This document shows, piece by piece, positions 50,774 through 59,966 of a DNA stretch of 64,000 nt; positions within the stretch are counted from its first letter, which is position 1, and the number at the start of each line of letters is the position of its first letter. The notes under the pieces are model-generated. The model worked only from the letters and a program-made list of their open reading frames with translations. It was not told where the DNA came from and did not search any database. Position numbers and translations under genes: made by a program. The DNA is from Thermodesulfobacteriota bacterium (GTDB lineage Bacteria; Desulfobacterota; Desulfobulbia; Desulfobulbales; SURF-16): the NCBI GenBank assembly GCA_040755455.1, contig JBFMAY010000020.1, positions 1 to 64,000 of the forward strand. Direction: 5' to 3'.

Positions 50774-51751
50774 ATGTACAAGATCGGCACACTGGCAAAA
50801 ATGAGCGGTTATTCTCCCAACCTGCTGCGGGTTTGGGAAAAACGATATGGTTTTTTCATGCCGCTGCGAGGTCCGGGCGGGCAGCGTCTTTATCCTGAAG
50901 AGGATCTCAAGCTGTTGCTCGTGATCAGGAGCGAACTGGAAAAGGGAAGAAGTGTCGGTGAACTGGCTATGCTTGGCCGCGGGGTATTGCTGCAAAGCGC
51001 CGGGGTGCCTGTCGGCGCCGGCGCAATCAGGGAGCCGCAACATGTCTCAAATGCCGGCGGGCATGAGCGTTTCGTTGGCCCCATTGTTGAGGCTGCCGGC
51101 GCCCTGGATATGCGTGCCCTTACCGCAAGCCTTGACGCCGCCTTTTCCCGTCTCAGCCCGGATGTGGTGGTGCACAAGGTGATCGCCGTGGCCATGGAAC
51201 GAATCGGCGATGAATGGCTGCGGGGCCGGATCAGTGTGGCCGGGGAGCACATGGTCAGCAGCCTGATGGAATACCGGCTGCACAGTCTGTTTGAGGCAAG
51301 CGGCCCCCATGTTGGCCCATCCTCTGGGCAAGCGCCGGCCATCTGCGCCTGTTTCCCTGAGGAGCAACACCGGATAGGTATATTGAGCGTGGCATACTAC
51401 CTGGCCAGGCAGGGTCTGCCGGTCCTCTATCTCGGCGCCTCGCTCCCCTTTGCGGCCCTTGCCATGTCAATCAAGCAGGCGGGTAGTGGGAGCGTCTGGG
51501 TATCGGTGACCAGTCCGGAGATTTATCAGCGTAACCGCAGGCAGTTCATGGATCTGCTTGCCGGCTTTCCCGGCATCAGGTTTATCCTCGGCGGGCAGGC
51601 GGTGACGGCGGAGGATGAACAGCTCAGGGAGGCGGGGTGCCATGTGTGTCCCCACCCATGTTCCGCAGCGGATGCCTTCCCTATTTACTTGACAAAGGCT
51701 TCTGTTGGCGACGGTTGCCAAAAACAGGCAATTGCAGCGGAAGACTTATGA
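50774..51751 (+). CDS. MerR-family regulator with cobalamin-binding domain (CarH/LitR-like)
   Basis: IG.LAKMSG....LRVWEKRYG...R..GGQRLY MerR HTH; W-x9-EH (WLRGRISVAGEH); E-x-H-x-x-G (EQHRIG); YLGASLP; ILGGQ; GGAGA RBS. Confidence 0.88.
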   Translation: MYKIGTLAKMSGYSPNLLRVWEKRYGFFMPLRGPGGQRLYPEEDLKLLLVIRSELEKGRSVGELAMLGRGVLLQSAGVPVGAGAIREPQHVSNAGGHERFVGPIVEAAGALDMRALTASLDAAFSRLSPDVVVHKVIAVAMERIGDEWLRGRISVAGEHMVSSLMEYRLHSLFEASGPHVGPSSGQAPAICACFPEEQHRIGILSVAYYLARQGLPVLYLGASLPFAALAMSIKQAGSGSVWVSVTSPEIYQRNRRQFMDLLAGFPGIRFILGGQAVTAEDEQLREAGCHVCPHPCSAADAFPIYLTKASVGDGCQKQAIAAEDL

Positions 51752-51796
51752 ATGTGCAACTTACCTTGATTTGCAATTTAAAATGATTAATTTATT

Positions 51797-51820
51797 TGGT
51801 AGAATTAATAATGATTATCA
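51797..51820 (+). promoter_or_regulatory. Extended -10 promoter followed by a Fur/PerR-like box
   Basis: TGGTAGAAT (51797-51805), then TAATAATGATTATCA (51806-51820), a 7-1-7 inverted repeat. Confidence 0.6.
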
Positions 51821-51847
51821 TGTTAACAAGACCATATGGAGGTTGCT

Positions 51848-52144
51848 ATGAACGTATATGACTATTGTGAAACAGTGACCCTGGAACTTGGCAACTGGAG
51901 GAAGAAACTCGCCGTGCTTGATCATAAGATTGCCCTTCTTCCCTGTGATGCCAAGGAGAAGATGCTCGGCAGCATCGAGGAGCTGCATATGATTGTCGCC
52001 GAGATGGAAGACAGGATTTACACCCTGGAGCACTCCTGTCCCACCTCATGGCGGCCCCTGAGCCGGGGAGAGCGGATCGGCCCGGTGATCATCAACTATG
52101 ACGCGGTCAGCCGGGAAAAGGTTGATTATGATTTCGGCGGCTGA
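51848..52144 (+). CDS. Small helical hypothetical protein with three Cys
   Basis: GGAGG RBS, coiled-coil-like pattern, YC...W...CPTSW. Confidence 0.75.
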   Translation: MNVYDYCETVTLELGNWRKKLAVLDHKIALLPCDAKEKMLGSIEELHMIVAEMEDRIYTLEHSCPTSWRPLSRGERIGPVIINYDAVSREKVDYDFGG

Positions 52145-52180
52145 CAAGACCGATAGGTAAGAAAACCAACAGGGGGTAAA

Positions 52181-52208
52181 AAAAGAGCAGCGTGCACGCT
52201 GCTCTTTT
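52181..52208. terminator. Bidirectional terminator-like palindrome
   Basis: AAAAGAGCAGCGTGCACGCTGCTCTTTT perfect palindrome between convergent genes. Confidence 0.75.
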
Positions 52209-52264
52209 AGTGTGCTTTGCAAGCAGTATGGCATGGCTGCCGGAGGCCGCGCTGGTCTCCATTT

Positions 52265-53200
52265 TCATTTGAGGATGCCTCTGACAATGACATCCACCGC
52301 CTCTGCAGGGGAGAGTCCGTGGACCATGAGGGTTTCAAGCTGCCGTTTGTCCACGCTGCCGATGGCGGCCTCATGGGTCACCTTGGCCAGGGGGTTGGTC
52401 ACCCGCACCACCGGAATGGCGCTGGCCACGGCCTGGTCCTTGACAATCTCCATGCAGTCCACATGGCCCCGGGCCCCGGCGGCGTTGCCTTCCGTGATGC
52501 CGGTTATCTCGGCCGAGGCTTCATCCTCAAGGGCGACCCGTGTTTTGATCAGCCCCTTGGCCTGCTCCCCAGCCAGCACCACCTTTTCCGTTATCCGTAT
52601 CACATCACGGCCATGACCGAAGACCCTGGTGGTCAACTCCGTTATCGCATTTTCGCCGGCCTCGACGGTGTAATCGATTTCCAGCTTGCCGACCCTGCCG
52701 GTGATGAGATTGAAGTCTCCGAAATATCTGCCGTTTTTGCCGACCCTGACCATGGCCCTGGGGATGGCTTCGACGCCGCCGTGCATGCCGTGGAAGTGGG
52801 TCTCGGCATAGCGCATTTCCGCCCCTTCTTCGATAACGACCACCGCATCCATGGCATGGATTACCTCCTCGGCGTCGGGAAAGATGCAGTGGGCGATAAA
52901 AGAGGCCGCGCTATTCTTTTCCAGCCGCACATCCATGCTGATATGCTGGGACCCTTTTTTGTGGAGAACACCGAAGCAGAGGTGGACCGGATTGTTAAGC
53001 CGCATCCCTTGCCGCACCCTGACCTTGGCGCTGATGCCGGAAGCTGTCTCAAGTGCCTCAACCTCGACCCCTTCAACCTGCCGGGCGCTCAGTATCCTCT
53101 GGCCGTCGGCCACCAAATGGGCCGTGGCGCTGTCTGCCAGCACCGCCCGGTCACCCCCGGCAGCACCGAAGGCCTGCATGAGCTGATCAAGGGCTTTCAT
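52265..53200 (-). CDS. SufB/SufD-family Fe-S scaffold (SmsB-like)
   Basis: PVHLCFG, AHCIFP, ARGHVDCMEIV, AKVTHEAAIGSVD..QLETLM. Confidence 0.88.
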   Translation of the reverse strand: MKALDQLMQAFGAAGGDRAVLADSATAHLVADGQRILSARQVEGVEVEALETASGISAKVRVRQGMRLNNPVHLCFGVLHKKGSQHISMDVRLEKNSAASFIAHCIFPDAEEVIHAMDAVVVIEEGAEMRYAETHFHGMHGGVEAIPRAMVRVGKNGRYFGDFNLITGRVGKLEIDYTVEAGENAITELTTRVFGHGRDVIRITEKVVLAGEQAKGLIKTRVALEDEASAEITGITEGNAAGARGHVDCMEIVKDQAVASAIPVVRVTNPLAKVTHEAAIGSVDKRQLETLMVHGLSPAEAVDVIVRGILK

Positions 53201-53909
53201 CGGCACACACCTCGGTTGCACAGGCCAGACACTGCCGTGATTTGTAATATGCCGCCACCTGTTGCGGCGACCCGGAGGAGACGATCCTGCCCCGGCAGAT
53301 CTGCGACGCCCGGTCGGCAATCATGGCAATCTCCTCACGGTGGGTAATCAGCAGCACGGCCGAGCCGTTTTCCTTGCAGGCATGAATCACATTGATGATG
53401 TCGTGGATGGAGAGCATGTCAATGCCAGAGTCGGGCTCATCGAAAATGGCCAGCCTGGGATGCAAGGCCAGCATGGAGGCAAGTTCAATTCTTTTTCGTT
53501 CCCCGCCGCTCAGCGACCGGTCAACCATCCGCGCCAGGTAACGGCCGGGATGGAGTCCGACCATGGCCAGATATGGGGCCGGATCAAGATCGCTGTTTTT
53601 CAACGTCAGGTACTGGGCCACGGAGATGCCTTCAAACCTCACCGGCTCCTGCCAGGCCATGGTGATGCCCAGCTGCGCCCTTTCATGAATTCGGCGGGTA
53701 TGGATGGCCTGCCCGTCAAACAGAATTTCACCGGCGCTGGGCCGGTATCCCTCGCAGCCCATAATGAGGTAGGCCAGGGTGCTCTTGCCCGTGCCGTTGG
53801 TCCCCAGCAGGGCATGCACCTCCGCGGCCTCGACTGACAGGCAGAGATCATCAAGTATCCTGGTCGGACCCGCCTGAAAGGAAAGATTTGTTATCTCAAG
53901 CAGGGGCAT
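53187..53909 (-). CDS. SufC-like ABC ATPase (SmsC-like)
   Basis: GTNGTGKST, LSGGERKRIELA, DEPDSGID, C-terminal CLAC...C; overlaps the SufBD gene. Confidence 0.88.
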   Translation of the reverse strand: MPLLEITNLSFQAGPTRILDDLCLSVEAAEVHALLGTNGTGKSTLAYLIMGCEGYRPSAGEILFDGQAIHTRRIHERAQLGITMAWQEPVRFEGISVAQYLTLKNSDLDPAPYLAMVGLHPGRYLARMVDRSLSGGERKRIELASMLALHPRLAIFDEPDSGIDMLSIHDIINVIHACKENGSAVLLITHREEIAMIADRASQICRGRIVSSGSPQQVAAYYKSRQCLACATEVCADESP

Positions 53910-54125
53910 TGTTGTTGGTCAGCTCCAGGGCAGTGTCACTACTCAGGTGCATAGTCTGTAAGTGTTTAGTCTGTTAGTAATGGGAAATTACCAGATACGG
54001 ACCGCTTTGTCCCCTTCATTCTGACCATTTTCATGAATAGATTTCAGTCTGGATGCATCATAATAAGGTTGTATCGAGGATTTTTTTGCCTAAACAGGCT
54101 GTGGTCTAATAGGCTAAACACGAGT

Positions 54126-55214
54126 TTATGGGTTGCAATGGACATGGCAGATTCCTGTGGGTGTCTCCTTGGCATGAGGAAAATATTTTCTCTTGAACCA
54201 GAAGGCGACATTGACCAGCGAAATCAGCACCGGCACCTCGACCAGGGGACCGATCACCGCGGCAAAGGCCTGGCCGGAATCGATACCGAACACGGCGATG
54301 GCCACGGCAATGGCCAGTTCAAAATTGTTGGAGGCGGCGGTGAAGGAGAGGGTGGCCGACTGTTCATAGGTGGCGCCGGCCTGCATGGACAGAAAGAAGG
54401 AGACCATAAACATCACCAGGAAATAGATGGTGAGCGGCACCGCGATGCGCACCACGTCAAGGGGCAGCTGGACGATGTATTCACCCTTAAGGGAAAACAT
54501 GACCAGGATGGTGAAGAGCAGAAAAACGAGGGTCAGCGGGCTGATTTTCGGCAGCAGTTTCTCCTGGTACCACTCTTCCCCCTTGGTCTTCACACCGATC
54601 AGCCGGGTCAGCATGCCGGCGATAAACGGGATGCCGAGATAGATGAAGACGGATTTGGCGATCTCCGCCATGGAAATATCCACCACCGCGCCGGCAATAC
54701 CGAGCCATTTGGGCAGGATGGTGATGAATATCCAGGCGTAGAGCGAAAAGAAGAGCACCTGGAAGATGGAATTAAAGGCCACCAGCCCGGCGCAGTATTC
54801 CCGGTCGCCGCAGGCCAGGTCGTTCCAGACAATGACCATGGCGATGCAGCGCGCCAGGCCGATGAGAATGAGGCCCACCATATACTCATGGTGGCCGGCA
54901 AGAAAGGCGATGGCCAGTCCGAACATGAGGATGGGGCCGATGATCCAGTTCTGCACCAGGGAAAGCAGCAGCACTTTCCCATTACGGAATACCTCGTGCA
55001 GCTTTTCGTAGCGCACCTTGGCCAGGGGCGGATACATCATCAAAATCAGGCCGATGGCGATGGGGATATTGGTGGTGCCGACCTGAAAGGAATTGATGAT
55101 GTCGCGGATGCCGGGATAGAGATAGCCGCCGAGCACGCCAGTAAACATGGCGAGAAAGATCCAGAAGGTCAGAAAACGATCGAGAAAAGAAAGGCGTTTT
55201 TTCTGCTGGGACAT
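54126..55214 (-). CDS. acr3: ACR3-family arsenite efflux transporter
   Basis: [45 protein letters not shown]. Confidence 0.95.
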   Translation of the reverse strand: MSQQKKRLSFLDRFLTFWIFLAMFTGVLGGYLYPGIRDIINSFQVGTTNIPIAIGLILMMYPPLAKVRYEKLHEVFRNGKVLLLSLVQNWIIGPILMFGLAIAFLAGHHEYMVGLILIGLARCIAMVIVWNDLACGDREYCAGLVAFNSIFQVLFFSLYAWIFITILPKWLGIAGAVVDISMAEIAKSVFIYLGIPFIAGMLTRLIGVKTKGEEWYQEKLLPKISPLTLVFLLFTILVMFSLKGEYIVQLPLDVVRIAVPLTIYFLVMFMVSFFLSMQAGATYEQSATLSFTAASNNFELAIAVAIAVFGIDSGQAFAAVIGPLVEVPVLISLVNVAFWFKRKYFPHAKETPTGICHVHCNP

Positions 55215-55253
55215 GACAGTTCGTCCTTATTATTGCGAATTAATGCTGACAAC

Positions 55254-55601
55254 TCAGCCGCAGGCCGGCTGTTTTTTTGTCTGCAGATATGCCGCCAGCC
55301 TTTGTTGGTCCCGGGTAACCTCGGTAATCTCGGCCAGGCGTTTGCTGAGCACCTCCACGAGATCCTGCTGGAGGTCGCCGCCATCATCGATGAAGCGGTA
55401 GTACATCCATACGCCCCGCCGTTCGCCGGCAAGCCAGCCGGTATTGGCCAGGTAGGAAAGATGGCGGGAAATGGTGGACTGCGGCAGATCAAGCACCGCC
55501 ATCAGGTCGCAGACACACAGCTCGCCGTGCATGAGCAGGCCGAGGATCCGCAACCGGACCTCTTCGGACAGGGCCTTGAAAAGTTTGACGGTATGATGCA
55601 T
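55254..55601 (-). CDS. arsR: ArsR/SmtB regulator 1
   Basis: FKALS...RLRIL, ELCVCDL, QSTISRHL. Confidence 0.9.
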   Translation of the reverse strand: MHHTVKLFKALSEEVRLRILGLLMHGELCVCDLMAVLDLPQSTISRHLSYLANTGWLAGERRGVWMYYRFIDDGGDLQQDLVEVLSKRLAEITEVTRDQQRLAAYLQTKKQPACG

Positions 55602-55610
55602 CACGTTTTT

Positions 55611-55640
55611 TGTATATCCGCATATACGGATATGTGTCAA
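55611..55640 (-). promoter_or_regulatory. Promoter and operator of arsR1-acr3
   Basis: Minus strand TTGACA-N18-TATACA with ATATCCG-N6-CGGATAT (55614-55633) in the spacer. Confidence 0.75.
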
Positions 55641-55700
55641 GCCGATTTTTTGTTGCTTAAAATTTTCCCATAGACTTGACAGAAAATGATGATTGAAATA

Positions 55701-55722
55701 CATATAGCCATATGGCTATATG
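55701..55722 (+). promoter_or_regulatory. Operator of the arsR2 operon
   Basis: Perfect 22-bp palindrome CATATAGCCATATGGCTATATG. Confidence 0.8.
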
Positions 55723-55743
55723 ATAATAAGTGAGGAGGAAAAC

Positions 55744-56088
55744 ATGAAACGATTTGTCCGTGTGATGAAGGCCCTGTCAGATCCCAGCCGGGTGAAGCTC
55801 ATGAAGATCCTCAACGTGAAGGAGCTCTGTGTCTGTGAACTGCGCCAGCTCCTCGGCCTGGCCCAGCCCACGGTTTCCAGACATCTTAAAATTCTGGAAG
55901 AGGCCGGACTGGTTGATTATCGCAAGGAAGGTTCCTGGATTATCTACCGGCTGAGCAGTGGGGAGGACTCCGAATATGCCAGGGTGATGCTGGGGAATCT
56001 CAAGGGATGGCTTGATAATGACCCGCAGGTCCGGCAAATGATTGACCGGTTGCCCCAGTTAAACAGGGAGCGAATCTGCGCCGCGTAG
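55744..56088 (+). CDS. arsR: ArsR/SmtB regulator 2
   Basis: KALSDPSR, ELCVCEL, QPTVSRHL; GAGGAGG RBS. Confidence 0.9.
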   Translation: MKRFVRVMKALSDPSRVKLMKILNVKELCVCELRQLLGLAQPTVSRHLKILEEAGLVDYRKEGSWIIYRLSSGEDSEYARVMLGNLKGWLDNDPQVRQMIDRLPQLNRERICAA

Positions 56089-56192
56089 CAACTAGCCAGA
56101 AGCCGGAAGACAGAATTCAGCAGTCAGCGCTAGAAAACCAAAACGGCAATTTTTTTCAGGCTAGTTTAAGTAAACAAGGAAAAAGAAAACCC

Positions 56193-57296
56193 ATGAAAAC
56201 GCCAGATAAAACAATTCCCTGCGCCTGCGAGGGCGGAGGGTGCGCATTGGCCTCCTCCGCCCCGGCCAGACCGCAGAAAATCACCGTTCAGCAGTTAGGC
56301 GCGGGTCTTGTTGGCCTTGCTGTCTGGTATGTCCTGTATACCCAGCTGCTGCCGTTCTCCAACTTTTTCGCCTATCATCTGCTCGGTCTTGATCTGGGCA
56401 GCCGGCTGGGGGCCTCCATCCAGTTTTTTGTCTATGACACGCCCAAGGTTATGCTGCTGCTTACCCTCATTGTCTTTGTGGTGGGGATGATCCGCTCCTT
56501 TTTTACCCCGGAACGGACCCGCAGGGTGCTGGCCGGCAGGCGGGAGTCGGCAGGCAATGTCCTGTCCGCCCTGCTGGGTGTTGTCACCCCGTTCTGTTCA
56601 TGCTCGGCGGTGCCGCTTTTCATCGGCTTTGTCCAGGCCGGCGTGCCGCTGGGCGTCACCTTTTCCTTTCTCATTGCCGCCCCCATGGTCAACGAAATCG
56701 CCGTGGTGCTGCTGTACGGCCTGCTGGGCTGGAAGATCGCCATGCTGTACATGGCCACGGGCCTTGCGGTGGCCATCGTTGCCGGCTGGGTTATCGGCCG
56801 GCTGGGTCTCGAACACCATATTGAAGACTGGGTGCGGGAGATTCGTATGGCCGAGCAGATCATCCTGGAGGAGAAACTTACCTGGCATGACCGCATGCGG
56901 ATGGGCGGTGTGGCGGTGAAAGACATTGTCGGCAAGGTGTGGATCTACGTCGTGGCGGGCATTGGTGTCGGCGCCCTTATCCACGGTTATGTGCCGGAGA
57001 ATTTCATGGCCGCCATCATGGGCAAGCAGGCCTGGTGGTCGGTGCCCGCGGCGGTAATCGTCGGCATCCCCATGTACTCCAATGCCGCGGGCATTGTGCC
57101 GGTGGTGCTGGCCCTGCTCAGCAAGGGCGCGGCCCTGGGCACGGTGCTGGCCTTCATGATGGCTGTCATCGCCCTGTCGCTGCCCGAGATGCTGATCCTG
57201 CGCAAGGTGCTGAAACCGACCCTGATCGCTGTCTTTATCGGTGTTGTCGGCGTCGGCATCATGTTTACCGGGTATCTCTTTAACATGATTATTTAA
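56193..57296 (+). CDS. ArsP-like permease (DUF318)
   Basis: TPFCSCSAVPLF, APMVNE, PMYSNAAG, LSLPE; Cys-rich N-terminus. Confidence 0.88.
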   Translation: MKTPDKTIPCACEGGGCALASSAPARPQKITVQQLGAGLVGLAVWYVLYTQLLPFSNFFAYHLLGLDLGSRLGASIQFFVYDTPKVMLLLTLIVFVVGMIRSFFTPERTRRVLAGRRESAGNVLSALLGVVTPFCSCSAVPLFIGFVQAGVPLGVTFSFLIAAPMVNEIAVVLLYGLLGWKIAMLYMATGLAVAIVAGWVIGRLGLEHHIEDWVREIRMAEQIILEEKLTWHDRMRMGGVAVKDIVGKVWIYVVAGIGVGALIHGYVPENFMAAIMGKQAWWSVPAAVIVGIPMYSNAAGIVPVVLALLSKGAALGTVLAFMMAVIALSLPEMLILRKVLKPTLIAVFIGVVGVGIMFTGYLFNMII

Positions 57297-57367
57297 TGGC
57301 TGCCATGACAGAAGAATGCAAGATGGTCTGCTTCTGCATCGGCTACACCGGGGGAGATATCCGTTAA
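57296..57367 (+). pseudogene. 23-aa coupled mini-ORF, probable remnant of a Cys-rich metal/Fe-S-binding protein
   Basis: TAATG overlap with the permease stop; MAAMTEECKMVCFCIGYTGGDIR*. Confidence 0.4.
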
Positions 57368-57410
57368 CCTGTGCCGCAGGCTGGCGATCAGCCTTGATTG
57401 GAGCTACGAA

Positions 57411-58709
57411 ATGGACTGGAAGAGAGAATGGAAGCCCCTGGGCGGGATTTTGGCGGTTTTTCTCGGCTGCTATTACTTGCCTTTGGGAAACAGCCGTTTT
57501 GATCATGCGGTGATGGAGTCGTTGCACCTGGCCAAGTGGTACGCCCAGGAACATGTCCTGCTCTGTCTGATCCCTGCCTTTTTCATCGCCGGCGCCATCG
57601 CCGTCTTTGTCAGCCAGGCCTCGGTGCTGAAATATCTCGGGGCCGGGGCCAACAAGGTGCTGGCCTATGGCGTGGCCTCCATATCAGGCACCATCCTTGC
57701 CGTCTGCTCCTGCACCATTCTGCCGCTCTTTGCCGGTATCTATAAAATGGGCGCGGGCCTGGGGCCGGCCACCGCCTTTCTCTACTCCGGGCCGGCCATC
57801 AATATCCTGGCCATCATTCTCACGGCCCGTATTCTCGGACCGGAGCTGGGTATTGCCAGGACAGTGGGGGCCATCGCCTTCAGCGTTATCATCGGCCTGC
57901 TCATGCATTTCTTTTTCCGGAAGGAGGAGATGGCAAAGGTCGAGGCCCAGGCCGCGATGCCGGAACCGGAGGTGACCCGCCCGCTCTGGCAGAATACCCT
58001 TTATCTGGCCGCCATGGTCGCCATTCTGGTCTTTGCCAACTGGGGAAAGCCCGTCGAGCCCGCTGGTCTCTGGCAGACGATTTACGGCAACAAATGGCTG
58101 ATCACCGCCGCTTTTGCCGCCGCTCTCGGCCTGATTCTCATGTTCTGGTATGGCCTGCCGAAATGGCAGGTGATCCTGGCCGCAGCCCCTGTGCTTATTT
58201 TTGCCTTTTTCTTTTCAGGTCACCCAACTCTGGCCTTTGTGGCCGGGGTTGTCGGCCTGAGTGCTGTCATCAGCCCCAGGGAGGATGAAACAGGGGCGTG
58301 GTTTGCGGAAAGCTGGGGTTTCGCCAAACAGATTCTGCCGCTTTTGCTGTTCGGTGTGCTCATTTCCGGCATTCTGCTCGGCCGTCCGGGAGAGGAGGGA
58401 CTGATCCCCTCCGTATGGATCAGCCGGGCCGTGGGCGGCAATTCGTTGGCGGCCAACTTCGTCGCCTCCTTTGCCGGGGCCTTCATGTATTTCGCTACCC
58501 TAACCGAGGTGCCGATCCTGCAGGGATTGATAGGAAATGGCATGGGCAAGGGGCCGGCCCTGGCCCTGCTGCTGGCCGGTCCGGCCCTCAGCCTGCCCAA
58601 TATGCTGGTGATCCGCAGCATCATGGGCACCCAAAAAACAGTGGTCTTTGTCAGCCTGGTCATTGTCATGGCCACGATATGCGGGATGATTTACGGTTCA
58701 TTTTTTTAA
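57411..58709 (+). CDS. Second DUF318-family permease
   Basis: EHVLLCLIPAFF, AVCSCTILPLF, FMYFATLTEVP, GPALSLP. Confidence 0.88.
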   Translation: MDWKREWKPLGGILAVFLGCYYLPLGNSRFDHAVMESLHLAKWYAQEHVLLCLIPAFFIAGAIAVFVSQASVLKYLGAGANKVLAYGVASISGTILAVCSCTILPLFAGIYKMGAGLGPATAFLYSGPAINILAIILTARILGPELGIARTVGAIAFSVIIGLLMHFFFRKEEMAKVEAQAAMPEPEVTRPLWQNTLYLAAMVAILVFANWGKPVEPAGLWQTIYGNKWLITAAFAAALGLILMFWYGLPKWQVILAAAPVLIFAFFFSGHPTLAFVAGVVGLSAVISPREDETGAWFAESWGFAKQILPLLLFGVLISGILLGRPGEEGLIPSVWISRAVGGNSLAANFVASFAGAFMYFATLTEVPILQGLIGNGMGKGPALALLLAGPALSLPNMLVIRSIMGTQKTVVFVSLVIVMATICGMIYGSFF

Positions 58710-58754
58710 CATACCTTTGGGAATAAATAAAAAATCATAAACAGGGAGAATATC

Positions 58755-58985
58755 ATGGAAATCAAAATCTGCGGCCCCGGTTGCCCAAGATGTCATGAAA
58801 CGGAAAGAGTGGTCAATGAGGCCCTTGGCCAGGCTGGTATCGCGGCAAATGTCGAAAAGGTATCCGATTTCAGCGAGATCGCCAAATTGGGGGTTTTCGC
58901 CACCCCCGCCGTGGTGATAGACGGCAAGATAAAATGTACCGGCAAGGTGCCGGCAAAAAAGGATGTGCTGTCCTGGTTGACATAA
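58755..58985 (+). CDS. Small thioredoxin-like redox-active disulfide protein (MTH895 type)
   Basis: GPGCPRC, TPAVVIDG, GKVP. Confidence 0.88.
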   Translation: MEIKICGPGCPRCHETERVVNEALGQAGIAANVEKVSDFSEIAKLGVFATPAVVIDGKIKCTGKVPAKKDVLSWLT

Positions 58986-58994
58986 GGTGCGTGC

Positions 58995-59417
58995 ATGCCG
59001 GAAAAATTTCAGGTTCTCTTTCTCTGCACCGGCAACTCCTGCCGCAGCCAGATGGCGGAAGGCTGGGCCAGGCAACTGCGCGGGGATGAAATCATTGCCT
59101 GTTCGGCGGGCATTGAAACCCACGGCCTCAACCCATTGGCCGTCAGGGTGATGGCCGAGGCCGGGGTGGACATCAGCGGCCAGAAATCCAAACTAATGGC
59201 GGAGCTGCCGCGGCAGTCGTTTGATCTGGTGATCACGGTGTGCGGCCATGCCGATGAGAACTGCCCGTTTTTCCCGGGACCGACCAGGGTGGTGCATCAC
59301 GGTTTCGATGACCCGCCGAAGCTTGCCGCGGCTGCGGCGAGCGAAGAGGAGGCCCTCGGCCATTACCGCCGGGTGCGGGATGAGATCCGTGATTTTATCA
59401 AAGCGCTGCAACTTTGA
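58995..59417 (+). CDS. arsC: Arsenate reductase, thioredoxin-coupled LMW-PTP type
   Basis: CTGNSCRSQMAE, VC..A.E.CP, FDDP, RRVRDEI. Confidence 0.93.
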   Translation: MPEKFQVLFLCTGNSCRSQMAEGWARQLRGDEIIACSAGIETHGLNPLAVRVMAEAGVDISGQKSKLMAELPRQSFDLVITVCGHADENCPFFPGPTRVVHHGFDDPPKLAAAAASEEEALGHYRRVRDEIRDFIKALQL

Positions 59418-59431
59418 ACCGGGGCGATAAC

Positions 59432-59953
59432 ATGTCGATCAAACACTATCTCATGGCGCTGCTCATCGCCATGCTGGCCGCAGGCCCGGTCCTTGCCGCC
59501 GATGGGCAGCAGCGGGATTGCGTCGCAAATTTTTCAGCGTATCTGCGCTCCTTTGATTACCGGGAACGGGAGGAAATGAAGATCAAGACCGAGGAGCTGA
59601 AAAAACTCTACCGGGAGGGCCGGGTGCAGATTGTCGATATTCGTTTCCCTGAGGAGACAGCCTTGTGGGGCATCAGTTTTGCTAGCCGGATCCCGATAAA
59701 CGAGCTGCCGGACCGCCTGGCTGAACTTGATAAGAGCAAAATTATTGTCACCGTCTGCCCTCATGATGACCGGGCCTCTATTGCCCGCCATTATCTGGCG
59801 CTGCAGGGCTATCAGGCACGATACCTGGTGGGTGGCCTGCTTGGGCTGGCCGATGCCCTCCGGGGTGATGATGCCCGTGAATTTTACAAGGCCACCACTG
59901 ATCAACAAAGAGATGAAGTGAATCCTCCGACCGGGGATTCGCTGGCAAAATAA
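59432..59953 (+). CDS. Exported rhodanese-like protein
   Basis: Signal peptide, VDIRFPEE, VCPHDDRA, YLVGGL. Confidence 0.8.
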   Translation: MSIKHYLMALLIAMLAAGPVLAADGQQRDCVANFSAYLRSFDYREREEMKIKTEELKKLYREGRVQIVDIRFPEETALWGISFASRIPINELPDRLAELDKSKIIVTVCPHDDRASIARHYLALQGYQARYLVGGLLGLADALRGDDAREFYKATTDQQRDEVNPPTGDSLAK

Positions 59954-59966
59954 TGGAGAAAAAAGT

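Noticed and set aside
54033..55673. 546-aa plus-strand ORF, and similar long ORFs at 8258, 18256, 23595, 40351, 52217 and 56598
   Set aside because: They lie antisense to well-supported genes and carry no motifs; shadow ORFs typical of GC-rich coding DNA.
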